A stretch of DNA of 64,000 nucleotides from Cyanobacteria bacterium P01_D01_bin.156 (GCA_039024555.1 JBCCQQ010000003.1:32001-96000), one strand, 5' to 3'; positions 12,411-23,729 are shown, counted from the first letter of the stretch. Notes: a model not told the origin generated them from the letters alone. Numbers and translations are program-made.

Positions 12411-12452
12411 CTTAAAGGGTGATGAGAGGTATACCTCTCATCACCCTTTAAG
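12411..12452. repeat. Perfect 42-bp palindrome, probable bidirectional terminator
   Basis: CTTAAAGGGTGATGAGAGGTATACCTCTCATCACCCTTTAAG equals its own reverse complement. It lies between the convergent psbK and the 12505 gene. Confidence 0.85.
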
Positions 12453-12504
12453 GTTATTTAGCTAACTAAGGAATGCCTAGCACTGCAAAGTATAGTCACC
12501 CTAA

Positions 12505-12966
12505 TTACAGGGTCATATGCGTGTACTTATGCTGTTTCACATTATCTTCCGCTGTTATGGTGTGAGTAGCATTTAAGATGCGCTTTCTATCAGTCGAGAA
12601 ATTAATACCTTCGTAGCTTTGACCATGGGGAAGTGAACGCTGCAAAAGCTCCTTGTTTTGGTATGTCCTAGCGGCTGCGTTAGCGCGCTCTATAAAATGC
12701 TCACAGAAGACAGTGTCTTCACTGGCCCTCATTGAAAGTGGCTTGCTAAGTTGAGTATCTTGGATGACTTCACCTAGCTTCACACCGTAGAGAGTCGAAT
12801 AAGATGTGGGCACTCCCTTCAATAGGGCTTCAAAATAAGCGGATGGGACAGGTTCTAAAACGTTGAATGGAACAACATTTCCATCCTGCTTACGAAAGCA
12901 CTTCGCTAAACCAACAATGACATAGTCATCATCCGAAGGTGCAGTGGGTTTGGAAGATAGGGTCAT
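12505..12966 (-). CDS. Conserved cyanobacterial hypothetical protein
   Basis: DDYVIVGLAKCF...EPVPSAY...ERANAAARTY...DNVKQHKYTH. Likely start is ATG 12966 (ORF track gives 13020). Confidence 0.75.
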   Translation of the reverse strand: MTLSSKPTAPSDDDYVIVGLAKCFRKQDGNVVPFNVLEPVPSAYFEALLKGVPTSYSTLYGVKLGEVIQDTQLSKPLSMRASEDTVFCEHFIERANAAARTYQNKELLQRSLPHGQSYEGINFSTDRKRILNATHTITAEDNVKQHKYTHMTL

Positions 12967-13414
12967 AGTTTGCCCGATACAATTTTGCTTTATTGTCCAC
13001 AATCCTATCTCTCTTGCCACAGAAACAAGAACTTCCCTTTTAATCCGTTATAAAACCCCAAAAGTTGTAACTTTTGGCAATAGCCATAGTCACTGAAACA
13101 TTAATGAGGTGAATGTCTTCATCCATTACACTTCAAACATATTGGTGCAGTTATGCCCCTGCTCTTCTGTGGTTGAGTTCAGAACACAACCTGTGTACGA
13201 TTTGGCTAGCAGCGGTGTCAAACGTCTACATAGTTGCTTTTCCTATTCAGAGCTACCCCCAACCAAAACAGAGGGGCTTACCCTTTAGATGGTTAGTGGA
13301 ACTGTCGGATTGGAGATGACCAAAGAGTCTTTGCCCTACTCCAGCAATCTTCCGATCAGCTACTAGTCTCAAAAGCTTGGGATTGGGTGCCGAGCTCCTA
13401 CTCTACAACGTCTG

Positions 13415-13627
13415 CTAATCGATAGAAATTGTCTGAGGACCTTTACCAGAACTATCGTCATTGTCACTGCCCTGTTCAGTAACGCTAGCCCCTTGATTTT
13501 CCAACCAGCTTTTAACGGGATCATCACCTAAATTGAGCTTGAGCATACCGGATGCAAACCCACCAAAAAATGCAACAGGCTGGCCTAAAAGTTCTTGCAT
13601 TATGGGCGCTAGCTCATCGAGAAACAT
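13415..13627 (-). CDS. Small conserved cyanobacterial hypothetical protein
   Basis: MFLDELAP...QPVAFFGGFASGMLKLNLGDDPVKSWL...GPQTISID; follows the kinase gene on the same strand. Confidence 0.75.
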   Translation of the reverse strand: MFLDELAPIMQELLGQPVAFFGGFASGMLKLNLGDDPVKSWLENQGASVTEQGSDNDDSSGKGPQTISID

Positions 13628-13702
13628 AGTTTTTACAGACTGTCACAAAACACCTTAGATATATTAACGTGACTATGAAAAAATCGGTCGCCCTGTGCTC
13701 AC

Positions 13703-15313
13703 TTAGCGTAATCCCCGTCGACCGTTCGGATAAACAGTAGACCAATTGGTTTTAGTCTTTGCTAGCTGCCCTTCAGTCAGGTTTGCCCCCGTTAAATCTG
13801 CCCCACAGAGGTTAGCTCCTCGAAGATTCGCCCCCACCAAATTACTGCGGTTCAAGTTGGCTCCCCGAAGATCGCTATTCTCAAGGTTCACTTCCCCCAT
13901 GTAAGCGTTAGATAGCTTTGCATTCTTTAGATTGCACTGACGTAAATCCGCCTTACTGAGGTTCACATTAGTCAAATCCGCCCCCTGCAAATTGCAATCA
14001 TTCAACTGAGCCCCCGCAAAACTAGCACCGCTTAATTTAAGGCGTTGAAGGTTTAAGCGCATTAGCGGTTGCAGGGAAAAGTCTCTATGCCCACGTTCAT
14101 AAGCTCTTTGCACTGCTTCCGGTGTAATTTTTTTACCCTGTCCAGAGAATGGTCCCGACTGGCTTGAACTATTGGACAATAAGTTCCCTGATGGACGACG
14201 GGGTGACACTGGTGAGGGCTTGGTATTTTGGCGCTCTCGACGAGCTCGAATAGCAGCGGCCATGCGAGCGGATGGGGAAGCACCTGATTGAGAGTCATCT
14301 AAACCTAAGATAGTGGCAGCTTCATCACTATTGAGTGTTGGCTGACTAACTGGCCCCACATCTCTGGGCGCCGCTGTTGGAATCGCCATATTTTGTGCAA
14401 GGCTATCAAGATAAGGTTCTAAATCTAGATCCCGCAAAATAGCATCCGCTGAGCTATAGCGATGACGAACCGAAATTTCTAGCATTTTGCTCAGGACCCC
14501 AGCAAAATGTTCGCTGACCTTAACGTGAGCCCTCCAAAGAATTTCGCCTGTTTGAGGATCGTAGGACATATCCTTAGGAGATTTTGCCGTAAGTAAATAC
14601 AAACAAGTAACGCCAATCGCATAGATATCACTGGCATACACTGGCCGCATGGCCATTTGCTCTGGCGGTGCATAGCCTGGAGTACCCACAGCATAGGCAG
14701 TTAGTGCGGTATGCCCAGACTCTTCACTTGCTTTGACAGGATTAACCTTGTCCTTAACAGCACCAAAATCGATTAAAACCAGACGTTTATCTGCATCACG
14801 GCGAATGAGGTTAGCCGGTTTAATATCGCGGTGGATGACCTCATTGCGGTGAATGTACTGCATTACTGGCAGAATTTCACTTAAGAATTGTTTGACCCCT
14901 GCTTCACTAAATGACCCACGGGTTTTGACCTCTTTTTGTAGCGTGAAGCCATTGATGTACTCTTGCACCAAGAAAAAATCTTGGCGAGCTTCAAAATAAT
15001 CTAATAAGCGTGGTAGCTGAGGGTGATTGCCAATCTTACCCAAGATCTTGGCTTCACGAGCAAATAGCTCCCGAGCCATCTGCATCACATGGGGAGCTTC
15101 AGCGGTTGGACGAAGCTGCTTAATTACGCAGGGGGGAGAGCCCGGTAATCCCTCATCATGGGCTAAGAATGTTGTGCCAAAACCACCTTTCCCCAAAGTG
15201 CCACTTACACGGTAACGATCGCGAAGCAGCAGCTCAGAACCGCAGGCAAGACATTGCCTAGCAGTAGCTGCATTTTTTGGATTAGGACACTCTGAATTGA
15301 TGCAATAGGTCAT
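13703..15313 (-). CDS. Ser/Thr protein kinase with N-terminal 4-Cys prefix and C-terminal pentapeptide repeats (SpkB-like)
   Basis: CINSEC..CLAC, GKGGFG, HRDIKPAN, DFG and GTPGYAPPE, followed by A(D/N)LxxANL pentapeptide repeats. Confidence 0.93.
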   Translation of the reverse strand: MTYCINSECPNPKNAATARQCLACGSELLLRDRYRVSGTLGKGGFGTTFLAHDEGLPGSPPCVIKQLRPTAEAPHVMQMARELFAREAKILGKIGNHPQLPRLLDYFEARQDFFLVQEYINGFTLQKEVKTRGSFSEAGVKQFLSEILPVMQYIHRNEVIHRDIKPANLIRRDADKRLVLIDFGAVKDKVNPVKASEESGHTALTAYAVGTPGYAPPEQMAMRPVYASDIYAIGVTCLYLLTAKSPKDMSYDPQTGEILWRAHVKVSEHFAGVLSKMLEISVRHRYSSADAILRDLDLEPYLDSLAQNMAIPTAAPRDVGPVSQPTLNSDEAATILGLDDSQSGASPSARMAAAIRARRERQNTKPSPVSPRRPSGNLLSNSSSQSGPFSGQGKKITPEAVQRAYERGHRDFSLQPLMRLNLQRLKLSGASFAGAQLNDCNLQGADLTNVNLSKADLRQCNLKNAKLSNAYMGEVNLENSDLRGANLNRSNLVGANLRGANLCGADLTGANLTEGQLAKTKTNWSTVYPNGRRGLR

Positions 15314-15819
15314 GTAGCTTTAGCCACCATCCTCATATCTCTATGGTTGGGGCTAGGGTTAACTATGGCACAACATCTCACAAGAGCTGGGCTAGGGGTA
15401 GAACCTGTTAAACCGCTCCACAATGATGAAGTTGCTTGAGATGGACTCTGGTAATTTCTAATTACACTGAAAACCTCAACCATCAGCCATCAGTGATGGA
15501 ATGAGTAGATTTCTTTCAGGATCTTAATTTTATTCATCAACAAATTTACTCTTATTAAAAGTAAGAAAACACTTATCTATTAAGCTTAGTAACCGTTACC
15601 TAATCGATAATGATGACAAGCATTTCTATTATTCCTACTATTTTATCCAATCCTTGAAGTGGATATACGCAATTGTGAACGGATTTTTCGAAAAGATGCG
15701 GACCTTTAGAAATCCTTAGTACCACTAATCAATCGTCATGAAACGGTCAGTGGAAAAGGGAACTTCAACGGTAAAATATTTGGGTTTGTTGTGCTCATAT
15801 TCTCTCTAACTCAAGCTTC

Positions 15820-18243
15820 ATGCGCATTTCTGTCAGCTGGCTTAAAGAATTTGTAGATCCGCAGTTAACCCCTGAAGCCATCGGCGATGCTCTCACCATG
15901 GCTGGGTTTGAGGTTGAGGATATTGAAGACCGCCAAACTTGGGCCGATGGCGTAGTCGTGGGTCAGGTCACCGACCGCCAGCCCCATCCCGATGCTGACA
16001 AACTCAGCGTATGTACTGTGGACATTGGCGAAGCCGAGCCTTCTACAATCGTCTGCGGGGCAGCTAATGTCAGGGCAGATATCTACGTTGCGGTGGCCAA
16101 GGTCAATACCTATCTCCCCAAAGTAGATCTGAAGATCAAGCCACGTAAGCTGAGAGGAGTACCGTCCACGGGCATGATTTGCTCCTTATCAGAGCTAGGT
16201 TTGGCCAAGGACTCAGAGGGTATTCACATTTTTGAGCAGCCAAATTTGACGACAGGGCAAGATGTTCGACCCTTACTAGGTTTGGATGATACAGTGCTCG
16301 ACATATCATCCACAGCAAATAGAGCCGATGCCCTAAGTATGGTGGGGATTGCCCGGGAGCTCGCAGCGATTACCGGGGCTGATCTGAAGCTGCCGCTAGA
16401 AGCGCTGGATGCACCGGAACATAGTCAGGAAACGGTTGAGGTCGCTCTGACAGAACCGAAAGCCTGTCCTATCTATATTGGCACTGTTCTACGGGACGTT
16501 AAAATTGGTCCATCGCCCGCCTGGCTAAAGCAACGTTTAGACGCTGCTGGGACTCGTTCTATCAACAATGTGGTTGATATTACTAATTATGTGCTGTTGG
16601 AATGGGGCCAGCCACTGCACGCATTTGACCTAGATCGTCTTACCCAAGGGCAAGACACTACCGTTAGCGTCCGTTTTGGTAAATCAGATGAAACTTTAAA
16701 GACCCTCGACGCTCAGCAACGTGAGCTCAAGGATCAAACTTTAGTGATAACAGCTAACGACACTCCCGTAGCCCTAGCTGGTGTTATGGGTGGTGAAGAC
16801 TCCGAAGTAGATGATACAACCCAAAATGTTTTCCTAGAATCAGCCTTCTTTGACGCTGCAGTGATTCGGCGTTCCGCCAGAAGTCAGGGTCTCAGAACTG
16901 AGGCATCGGCGCGTTATGAACGTGGGGTCAACCCAGCGGAGCTAGAACTAGCAGCCAACCGAGCCATCCAGCTGATGGTAGAACTTGCCGATGCCAAGCT
17001 GGTGCATCAGCAGGATGAGCGTACAGAAGTGGGAAGAATCACCCCTACTAGAACCATTGGGTTGCGCTTGGAGAGAGTAAGGCAAATCCTTGGCGGCTAC
17101 ATTGCTGAGAATGACACTGTAGCCGAGCTCAGTATCGCTGATGTGGAGGATACCTTGACACGTCTAGGCTGTACCTTGGCAGCCGATGGCCCAGGGCAAT
17201 GGGTCGTTACGGTACCAGCCTATAGATACCGCGACCTTGAACGAGAAATCGACCTGATTGAAGAGGTGGCTCGTTTGTTTGGTTACAACCGCTTTAACAA
17301 TACGTTGCCCCAGCAAACATCTCGCGGTCGTCTCTCACCGGAAGCTATGCTGGTGCGCCAATTGCGTGCCGCGTTTCGAGGTGCGGGTTTGACTGAAGTA
17401 CTCCACTACTCTCTAACTAATCCAGCCCCTCAGCGTGTGGTTCTAGAGAATCCCCTATTCACTGAATATTCAGCATTGCGCTCCGATTTATTGTCAGGGC
17501 TGATCGACGCCTTCCAGTTCAACTTAGAACAGGGAAATGGACCTTTAAATGCCTTTGAAATGGGGCATGTATTTGCGAATGAAGACGCACAGCTCACTGA
17601 GTACGAGCGCATTGGTGGCATCCTAGGCGGCAATGCTGCCCAGGGGCAATGGAGTGGCACAACCGCCCCCATGACCTGGTACGAAGCCAAGGGAATTTTG
17701 GAAACCGTGCTGCGCGAGGTGGGTCTGGAGGTAGACTACCGACCTGATAGTGAAGATACACGACTACATCCGGGACGGACGGCATCTCTATGGGTGCGCG
17801 GTCGTACTCGCTTAGGTACGTTTGGACAATTACATCCCCGCTTACGTCAAGAGCGGGACCTACCTAATGAAGTCTATGTATTTGAGCTGAACTGGGATGC
17901 GATCGCAACATGTTTAGTGAGCGATCGATTCCGAGCGCCGAAGTTCAAAGGCTTCTCATCCTATCCTGGTTCCGACCGCGATATTGCCTTTTACGCACCG
18001 GTTGAGGTCTCGGTAACCGACTTAGAAAAACTGATCATCCGAACCGGGGGGAAACTGCTAGAAACAGTCACCCTATTTGATGAATATCGTGGCAAGGGTG
18101 TGCCGGAAGGACAGCGCAGTTTGGCATTTCGTATGTTCTACCGAGCTAGCGATCGCACGCTTACCGATCAGGATATTGATCCAATCCAGGATAAAATTCG
18201 AGCGGCCCTGGAGAAAAAATTTAAGGTTAGTCTGCGGAGTTAA
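15820..18243 (+). CDS. pheT: Phenylalanine-tRNA ligase beta subunit
   Basis: [41 protein letters not shown] and an FDX-ACB C-terminus. Confidence 0.98.
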   Translation: MRISVSWLKEFVDPQLTPEAIGDALTMAGFEVEDIEDRQTWADGVVVGQVTDRQPHPDADKLSVCTVDIGEAEPSTIVCGAANVRADIYVAVAKVNTYLPKVDLKIKPRKLRGVPSTGMICSLSELGLAKDSEGIHIFEQPNLTTGQDVRPLLGLDDTVLDISSTANRADALSMVGIARELAAITGADLKLPLEALDAPEHSQETVEVALTEPKACPIYIGTVLRDVKIGPSPAWLKQRLDAAGTRSINNVVDITNYVLLEWGQPLHAFDLDRLTQGQDTTVSVRFGKSDETLKTLDAQQRELKDQTLVITANDTPVALAGVMGGEDSEVDDTTQNVFLESAFFDAAVIRRSARSQGLRTEASARYERGVNPAELELAANRAIQLMVELADAKLVHQQDERTEVGRITPTRTIGLRLERVRQILGGYIAENDTVAELSIADVEDTLTRLGCTLAADGPGQWVVTVPAYRYRDLEREIDLIEEVARLFGYNRFNNTLPQQTSRGRLSPEAMLVRQLRAAFRGAGLTEVLHYSLTNPAPQRVVLENPLFTEYSALRSDLLSGLIDAFQFNLEQGNGPLNAFEMGHVFANEDAQLTEYERIGGILGGNAAQGQWSGTTAPMTWYEAKGILETVLREVGLEVDYRPDSEDTRLHPGRTASLWVRGRTRLGTFGQLHPRLRQERDLPNEVYVFELNWDAIATCLVSDRFRAPKFKGFSSYPGSDRDIAFYAPVEVSVTDLEKLIIRTGGKLLETVTLFDEYRGKGVPEGQRSLAFRMFYRASDRTLTDQDIDPIQDKIRAALEKKFKVSLRS

Positions 18244-18250
18244 GGAGATC

Positions 18251-20080
18251 CTAGCTAGCAGACGGTTTAGCGGGCAATTTTGGGCCTTTTTTACGCTTAT
18301 TTTCGTTGAAGTATGCCTCCAGGACTTCTTTAACCATGGGAGCTGCAAAGGAACCGCCGCCGCCACCCGAGTGCTCGCCAAATGCCACAACCAAAACTTC
18401 AGGCTTTTCAAAGGGGGCATACGCCCCAAACCAAGTGTGGTTTTCATACGGGGGGGCTTCAGCAGTGCCACTCTTACCAGCTGGTGTTGGGATAGCTGGC
18501 ACATTGAGACGTGTACCTGTACCACTGGTAATCACTTTCCGTAGCCCCCGCTGCAGGATCTCTATCGTTTCCGGCTGCATATTTAGAGATGTCTTCCACT
18601 GCTTAGACTCAGCATTGTCTAACAAAAGATGGGGAGTGACTAGATAGCCGTTATTCGCAGCCACTGCAAACATCACGGCGGTTTGTAATGGCGTTACTTG
18701 CATATAACCTTGGCCGATGGTCATATTGATGGTGTCCCCTAAGTACCAATCTTCACCAATAAACTCCTGCTTCCAGGGTTCATCAGGTACGAGACCAGCA
18801 GCTTCTTCCGTGATCAGTTCAATCCCTGTTTTTTTCCCAAGACCATATCTTCGCATCCACTCAATCAAAGGTTCATGCCCCATGCGCATGCCCACCTGGT
18901 AGAAAAAAGTATCGCTGCTCCACTGCATGGCCCCATCAAAACCCAGAGGGCCAAAACCAGCATTATTCCAGTCCCAGAAGAGAATGCCACCAGCATTGAT
19001 ATTGGGAAACGTCGGCAAAATGGTATCCACAGGAAACGTACCTGACTCGATAGCGGCGGTGGTGGTAATAATTTTGAAGGTACTGGCAGGGGGATAGGCT
19101 TGCAGTGCTCGGTTTAAGAAAGGGTTACCTCGACTGTTAAGCTGCTCCCACTGGGCTTGAGTAATACGGGTGGAAAAAATATTAGGGTCAAACGTGGGAC
19201 GGCTGACCATCGCTAGAATCGCGCCATCGTTCGGGTCCATGGCTATGATCGCACCAATTTTATCCCCTAGAGCTTTTTCAGCCACCTTTTGGAGCTCTAA
19301 ATCCAGGGTGAGACGGATATTTTGTCCCGATTCAGGGGGTTTTTCGCCCATAATGCGTAAGACATTGCCCGCACTATCCACTTCCACCTGCTGGCCACCC
19401 CATACCCCACGTAGCATTGACTCAAAGGACTTTTCAGTCCCCATTTTGCCAATAATATCCCCCAGGCGATAGTCTCGATTCTCTTCGAGAAATTGCTCAA
19501 ATTCGTCTTCATTAATTTCACCGGTGTACCCAATGACGTGGGCGGCTAAGTCACCGTGGGGGTAGTTACGAATCGCTTCTGCTTCTACACGCACCCCAGG
19601 TAGTTCAGATGCATATTCCGCTAGAGCAGTAGTCTGGGCAGGGCTGAGCCCGCGCGCGATCGCAATGGACTGGGTAGATTCATACCCCGCTGACTCAATC
19701 CGCTGCTGAATCTCGTCTTCAGGAATTTCCAGGAGTTGAGAAAGACGCTGTACCACCGAATCACGCTGGTCTTCTGGCAAGGCAATGGGCCATATAGAAA
19801 CAGAATGGGACAGGCGGCTACCCGCGAGGATTTTGCCATTACGGTCAAACATGGTGCCCCGTGCCGGACGTCGCGGCAGCAGTAAGATCCGATTTTCTTC
19901 AGCTAGCTTGCGGTTGCGATCGCCTTCTACTAACTGCAAATAAAACAGTCGACTGCCAATGCCCCCCAGCATCACCAGCGATAAAAATATCATCATGAGC
20001 ACCGATTGGTACTGACGCCCAACCGTACGACCACCTTTTTTTTCAACCTTTGTTGACGAAGAGTATTGAAAAAAGGCCAT
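18251..20080 (-). CDS. mrdA: Penicillin-binding protein 2
   Basis: N-terminal TM helix, PARGTMFDRNG, IRNYPHG, SxxK (STFK), SSD and KSGT. Likely start is ATG 20080 (ORF track gives 20203). Confidence 0.93.
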   Translation of the reverse strand: MAFFQYSSSTKVEKKGGRTVGRQYQSVLMMIFLSLVMLGGIGSRLFYLQLVEGDRNRKLAEENRILLLPRRPARGTMFDRNGKILAGSRLSHSVSIWPIALPEDQRDSVVQRLSQLLEIPEDEIQQRIESAGYESTQSIAIARGLSPAQTTALAEYASELPGVRVEAEAIRNYPHGDLAAHVIGYTGEINEDEFEQFLEENRDYRLGDIIGKMGTEKSFESMLRGVWGGQQVEVDSAGNVLRIMGEKPPESGQNIRLTLDLELQKVAEKALGDKIGAIIAMDPNDGAILAMVSRPTFDPNIFSTRITQAQWEQLNSRGNPFLNRALQAYPPASTFKIITTTAAIESGTFPVDTILPTFPNINAGGILFWDWNNAGFGPLGFDGAMQWSSDTFFYQVGMRMGHEPLIEWMRRYGLGKKTGIELITEEAAGLVPDEPWKQEFIGEDWYLGDTINMTIGQGYMQVTPLQTAVMFAVAANNGYLVTPHLLLDNAESKQWKTSLNMQPETIEILQRGLRKVITSGTGTRLNVPAIPTPAGKSGTAEAPPYENHTWFGAYAPFEKPEVLVVAFGEHSGGGGGSFAAPMVKEVLEAYFNENKRKKGPKLPAKPSAS

Positions 20081-20402
20081 AGATTCAGGGTGGTCGCGAC
20101 AGACTTTGATCAGTTTAGCCCTTTGGAATCCATTCCAGCAGTGCCTATGGCTCTGAACATCGTTCAGGCATGCAGATTTATACAGGTTCAAAAAAACGGG
20201 CACTTTAGAGACACCTCTAAAATTTGGACTGCTAGCTTTGATCGGTCATATCCAAACCCCTAGACAGTTCTACCAATCGTTTCATCTAACCAATTAACAA
20301 CGATTAGCAACGGCAAAATTTGGCCTTGAGGAAGCTGATCGGCTAAGGGGCTATGCAAAACATCAATTTAATTGATTGGGATTTTGAGCTGGTAACCGTA
20401 AA

Positions 20403-21560
20403 ATGATGCAAATGGAACCATTACGGGAGTTACATCCTATGGCTCAAACCATCACTCCGCCAGCAAATGTCATCACGGCATTGGATGTAGAACTCGAGAA
20501 TGTTGTCAAAACCTTTGGCGATGACACGGCTGTTCAAGGTTTAGACCTAAAGATTCACCAGGGAGAATTTTTTAGCATTTTGGGTCCCTCTGGGTGCGGT
20601 AAAACAACCACTCTCAGAATGATTGCCGGATTTGAAACGCCCACATCCGGTGAACTCAAAATTCAATCAAAGTTGATGCGAGGCGTCCCTGCGCACCATC
20701 GTTCAGTCAACACAGTCTTTCAAAGCTATGCCCTGTTTAACCACATGAACGTGTGGCACAACGTGGCCTTTGGTCTCAAAATCAAAAAAGTTTCCAAAAT
20801 AGATCTACGGCAGCGGGTGGGAGAAGCACTACAGCTAGTCCAAATGGAAAGCTTTGCGAAACGCTATCCTACACAACTATCAGGGGGCCAGAAACAGAGA
20901 GTTGCCCTAGCTCGTGCCCTGGTAAATCGTCCAGCAGTGATGTTATTAGACGAACCCTTGGGAGCATTAGACTTAAAACTACGCAAGCAAATGCAGGTGG
21001 AATTATCAAATTTGCACCAGCGTTTAGGCATCACCTTTATTATGGTGACCCACGATCAAGAAGAAGCACTTTCCCTATCTGATCGCATTGCGGTCATGAA
21101 GGATGGCCGCATTGAACAGGTGGGCACTCCCAATGAGATCTATGAACATCCCAGCACTGCCTTCGTAGCCGATTTTATTGGTGATACCAATCTGCTTTCG
21201 GGTCACATTCAGTCAGCTACTCCCCACCCCATGCTGACAACTCACAGTGGGTTAGAGGTATCGGTTGCAGAGCTTACTCAAGGAATTCACATCAACGAAA
21301 ATGCCGTTAACATTAGCATTCGTCCTGAAAAGATTCACCTAAGCTCTACAACGAATCGTGGTGTAGCCTCCAGTTACGATAACTGCTACACCGGACAAAT
21401 CAAACACACTCTGTACACAGGCCCCCACATTCAGTGCATTATTGAGTTGAAAACGGGTGAGCGGCTACGGGTTTTACAACCCAATCAGACCAAATATCAG
21501 CTAGGTTCTACTGTTTATGTCGCCTGGGCAGCCGCTGATTGTCAAGTGCTAGCCGCCTAA
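20403..21560 (+). CDS. potA: Spermidine/putrescine ABC transporter ATP-binding protein
   Basis: GPSGCGKT, LSGGQKQRVALARAL, LLDEPLGALD and a TOBE C-terminus. The start may be ATG 20439. Confidence 0.9.
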   Translation: MMQMEPLRELHPMAQTITPPANVITALDVELENVVKTFGDDTAVQGLDLKIHQGEFFSILGPSGCGKTTTLRMIAGFETPTSGELKIQSKLMRGVPAHHRSVNTVFQSYALFNHMNVWHNVAFGLKIKKVSKIDLRQRVGEALQLVQMESFAKRYPTQLSGGQKQRVALARALVNRPAVMLLDEPLGALDLKLRKQMQVELSNLHQRLGITFIMVTHDQEEALSLSDRIAVMKDGRIEQVGTPNEIYEHPSTAFVADFIGDTNLLSGHIQSATPHPMLTTHSGLEVSVAELTQGIHINENAVNISIRPEKIHLSSTTNRGVASSYDNCYTGQIKHTLYTGPHIQCIIELKTGERLRVLQPNQTKYQLGSTVYVAWAAADCQVLAA

Positions 21561-21677
21561 GCTAAAGATAAGGTTGGCCATATAAGGATCTGCATGAACA
21601 AATTACGGTCCTTTAATAGCCTAATGTCATTAAGTGGTTTTAAAGTATTCATGGTGTTTGCTTAGAGGAGAAAGACT

Positions 21678-22823
21678 GTGCCCCGCCGACTATCCAACCA
21701 TTCATCTCTGCTTTCACGTACATCTCGTCGTCGCTTTCTACAAGGATCTGCGGCGGCACTGGCCGGAGTAGGTCTTTCCAACTGTCGTCGTACCATCGGC
21801 GAAACTGATACTACACCGAGCGAAGAAACAACGGCTCCTGCGGAGAAAGCATCCGGTGTATTGCATATTTACACCTGGGCCGACTACACCGATGATGAGC
21901 TTGCCGCACAGTTTACAGAAGCAACCGGCATTGAGGTCAAAATCGATGTGTATGATTCCAATGAAACCATGTTGGCCAAAATGCAGGCAGGAGGCGGTGC
22001 CGACTACAGCCTGATCTACCCATCGGACTACATGGTCACTCAGATGATCGACTTTGGCATGCTCACAGAGCTGGACAAATCACGCCTGGTCGGCCTAGAT
22101 AAAATCCTTGAAAAGTGGCAAAGCCCTGTCTACGATCCTGATAACGCCCACAGCGTTCCCTTCAGCTGGGGTACCACAGGGTTGCTCTATAATTCTGAAG
22201 TTTTGACCACGCCCCCTACTGATTGGAATTATCTGTGGGAAAACCGGGATGTACTATCGCGCAAAATGACGATGCTAGACGATGTGCGAGAGACGTTGGG
22301 GGCAGTGTTGAGTTCCCTAGGCTACTCGTATAACGCTACCGACCCGGCCCAGCTAGAAGAAGCCTATCAGAAGCTGTTGGATCTTAAGCCCTCTTTAGCA
22401 TCCTTTAAGTCCTTTGGTTGGCAGGACGAGCTGTTAAGTGGTGACCTCTTGCTCTCAATGGTCTACTCCGTAGAAGGTATTCCCGTCAGCCTAGAAAATC
22501 CTACATTCAAGTACGTGATTCCTGAAAGCGGCTCTTCCGTTTGGACCGATACAATCGTAATTCCCACATCGGCCCCCAATGTGGATGCGGCCTACGAATG
22601 GATTAATTTCAACCTCCAGCCCAAGGTTTCGCAAGAAACTGTGGAGCGCTTGTTCTTTGCCACTCCTAACAGTGAGGCCCTAACAATGCTTTCCCAGGAT
22701 TTACTTGACAATAAGAATCTCTTCCCTCCCGAAGATCTTCTAGCTAAGTGCGAAGGTATCGCCCCTGTTGGTGACGCGAATACTCTTTATGACGAGTATT
22801 GGACAAAAGTAACAAGTGCCTAG
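21678..22823 (+). CDS. potD: Polyamine ABC transporter substrate-binding protein with a Tat signal
   Basis: SRRRFLQG twin-arginine motif, YTWADY, YDSNETM, PSDYMV and PFSWGTTG. Confidence 0.88.
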   Translation: MPRRLSNHSSLLSRTSRRRFLQGSAAALAGVGLSNCRRTIGETDTTPSEETTAPAEKASGVLHIYTWADYTDDELAAQFTEATGIEVKIDVYDSNETMLAKMQAGGGADYSLIYPSDYMVTQMIDFGMLTELDKSRLVGLDKILEKWQSPVYDPDNAHSVPFSWGTTGLLYNSEVLTTPPTDWNYLWENRDVLSRKMTMLDDVRETLGAVLSSLGYSYNATDPAQLEEAYQKLLDLKPSLASFKSFGWQDELLSGDLLLSMVYSVEGIPVSLENPTFKYVIPESGSSVWTDTIVIPTSAPNVDAAYEWINFNLQPKVSQETVERLFFATPNSEALTMLSQDLLDNKNLFPPEDLLAKCEGIAPVGDANTLYDEYWTKVTSA

Positions 22824-22829
22824 AGGCTC

Positions 22830-23729
22830 ATGGACACAGGAATTAGGCCAGGAATAGACTTCGCCATTATTGGGCAAAAGCTGAGAAACAGTCTCAGACC
22901 CTTAGGACTTTTGGGGCCAGCAGGGTTATGGTTGTTTTTACTCATGGTTTTGCCAACATTACTGATTGGCGAATTGAGTTTTGTTCCTGGTCTAAGACCT
23001 GGGGAATTAATCGAGGAATATGGTTTTCTAAATTATCTGAGAATTTTAGAGCCTACATACCTCCAAGTTTTAAGACGTTCAGCCGCATTTGCGACTGGTA
23101 CGACACTAGTGTGCCTATTAGTGGGGTTTCCAGTTGCCTACTGGTTAGCACTCATGGCTCCAAAGCGGTGGCGAAATTTGCTTTTGGTATTGTTTATCTT
23201 GCCCCTCTGGACCTCATCCCTGCTGCGCACTTATGCCTGGATTACGCTACTGCGTCCTTCCGGGGTCATCAATTTGGTATTGAGTACCCTAGGGTTACCG
23301 ACTCAGTCCCTAATGAATACCCCTTGGGCTGTCTACATTGGCATGACCTACAGTTTTTTACCTTACATGGTACTCATTCTGTACGCATCCTTAGAACGAT
23401 TAGACTTACAGCTATTAGAAGCCGCCGCTGATTTGGGAGCCAATCCACGAATAGCTTTTTGGCGAGTTACAGTACCTCAAACCTTGCCTGGCATTGCAGC
23501 AGGGTGTTTACTCGTTTTTGTGACCAGTCTGGGAGATTTTGTAGTGCCCACTTTGCTGGGGGGTACCAGTAGTATGACGATTTCCCGGTTGATTTATAAC
23601 CAGTTTTTAGGTGTGGCTCGCAACTGGGGATTTGGCTCAGCCTTGAGTATGGTGCTGATTTTAATGGTGAGTGCTGCGATCGCACTACTGTTGAAATATG
23701 GTGATCGAAATCCTGAGATCTATTCATGA
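22830..23729 (+). CDS. potB: Polyamine ABC transporter permease
   Basis: LPLWTSSLLRTYAW and EAA loop LLEAAADLGA. Confidence 0.88.
   Translation: MDTGIRPGIDFAIIGQKLRNSLRPLGLLGPAGLWLFLLMVLPTLLIGELSFVPGLRPGELIEEYGFLNYLRILEPTYLQVLRRSAAFATGTTLVCLLVGFPVAYWLALMAPKRWRNLLLVLFILPLWTSSLLRTYAWITLLRPSGVINLVLSTLGLPTQSLMNTPWAVYIGMTYSFLPYMVLILYASLERLDLQLLEAAADLGANPRIAFWRVTVPQTLPGIAAGCLLVFVTSLGDFVVPTLLGGTSSMTISRLIYNQFLGVARNWGFGSALSMVLILMVSAAIALLLKYGDRNPEIYS

Noticed and set aside
13113..13319. 68-aa plus-strand intergenic ORF
   Set aside because: Atypical composition with no motif or other support for coding.
13703..14060. Repetitive DNA at the 3' end of the kinase gene
   Set aside because: Explained by ordinary pentapeptide repeats.
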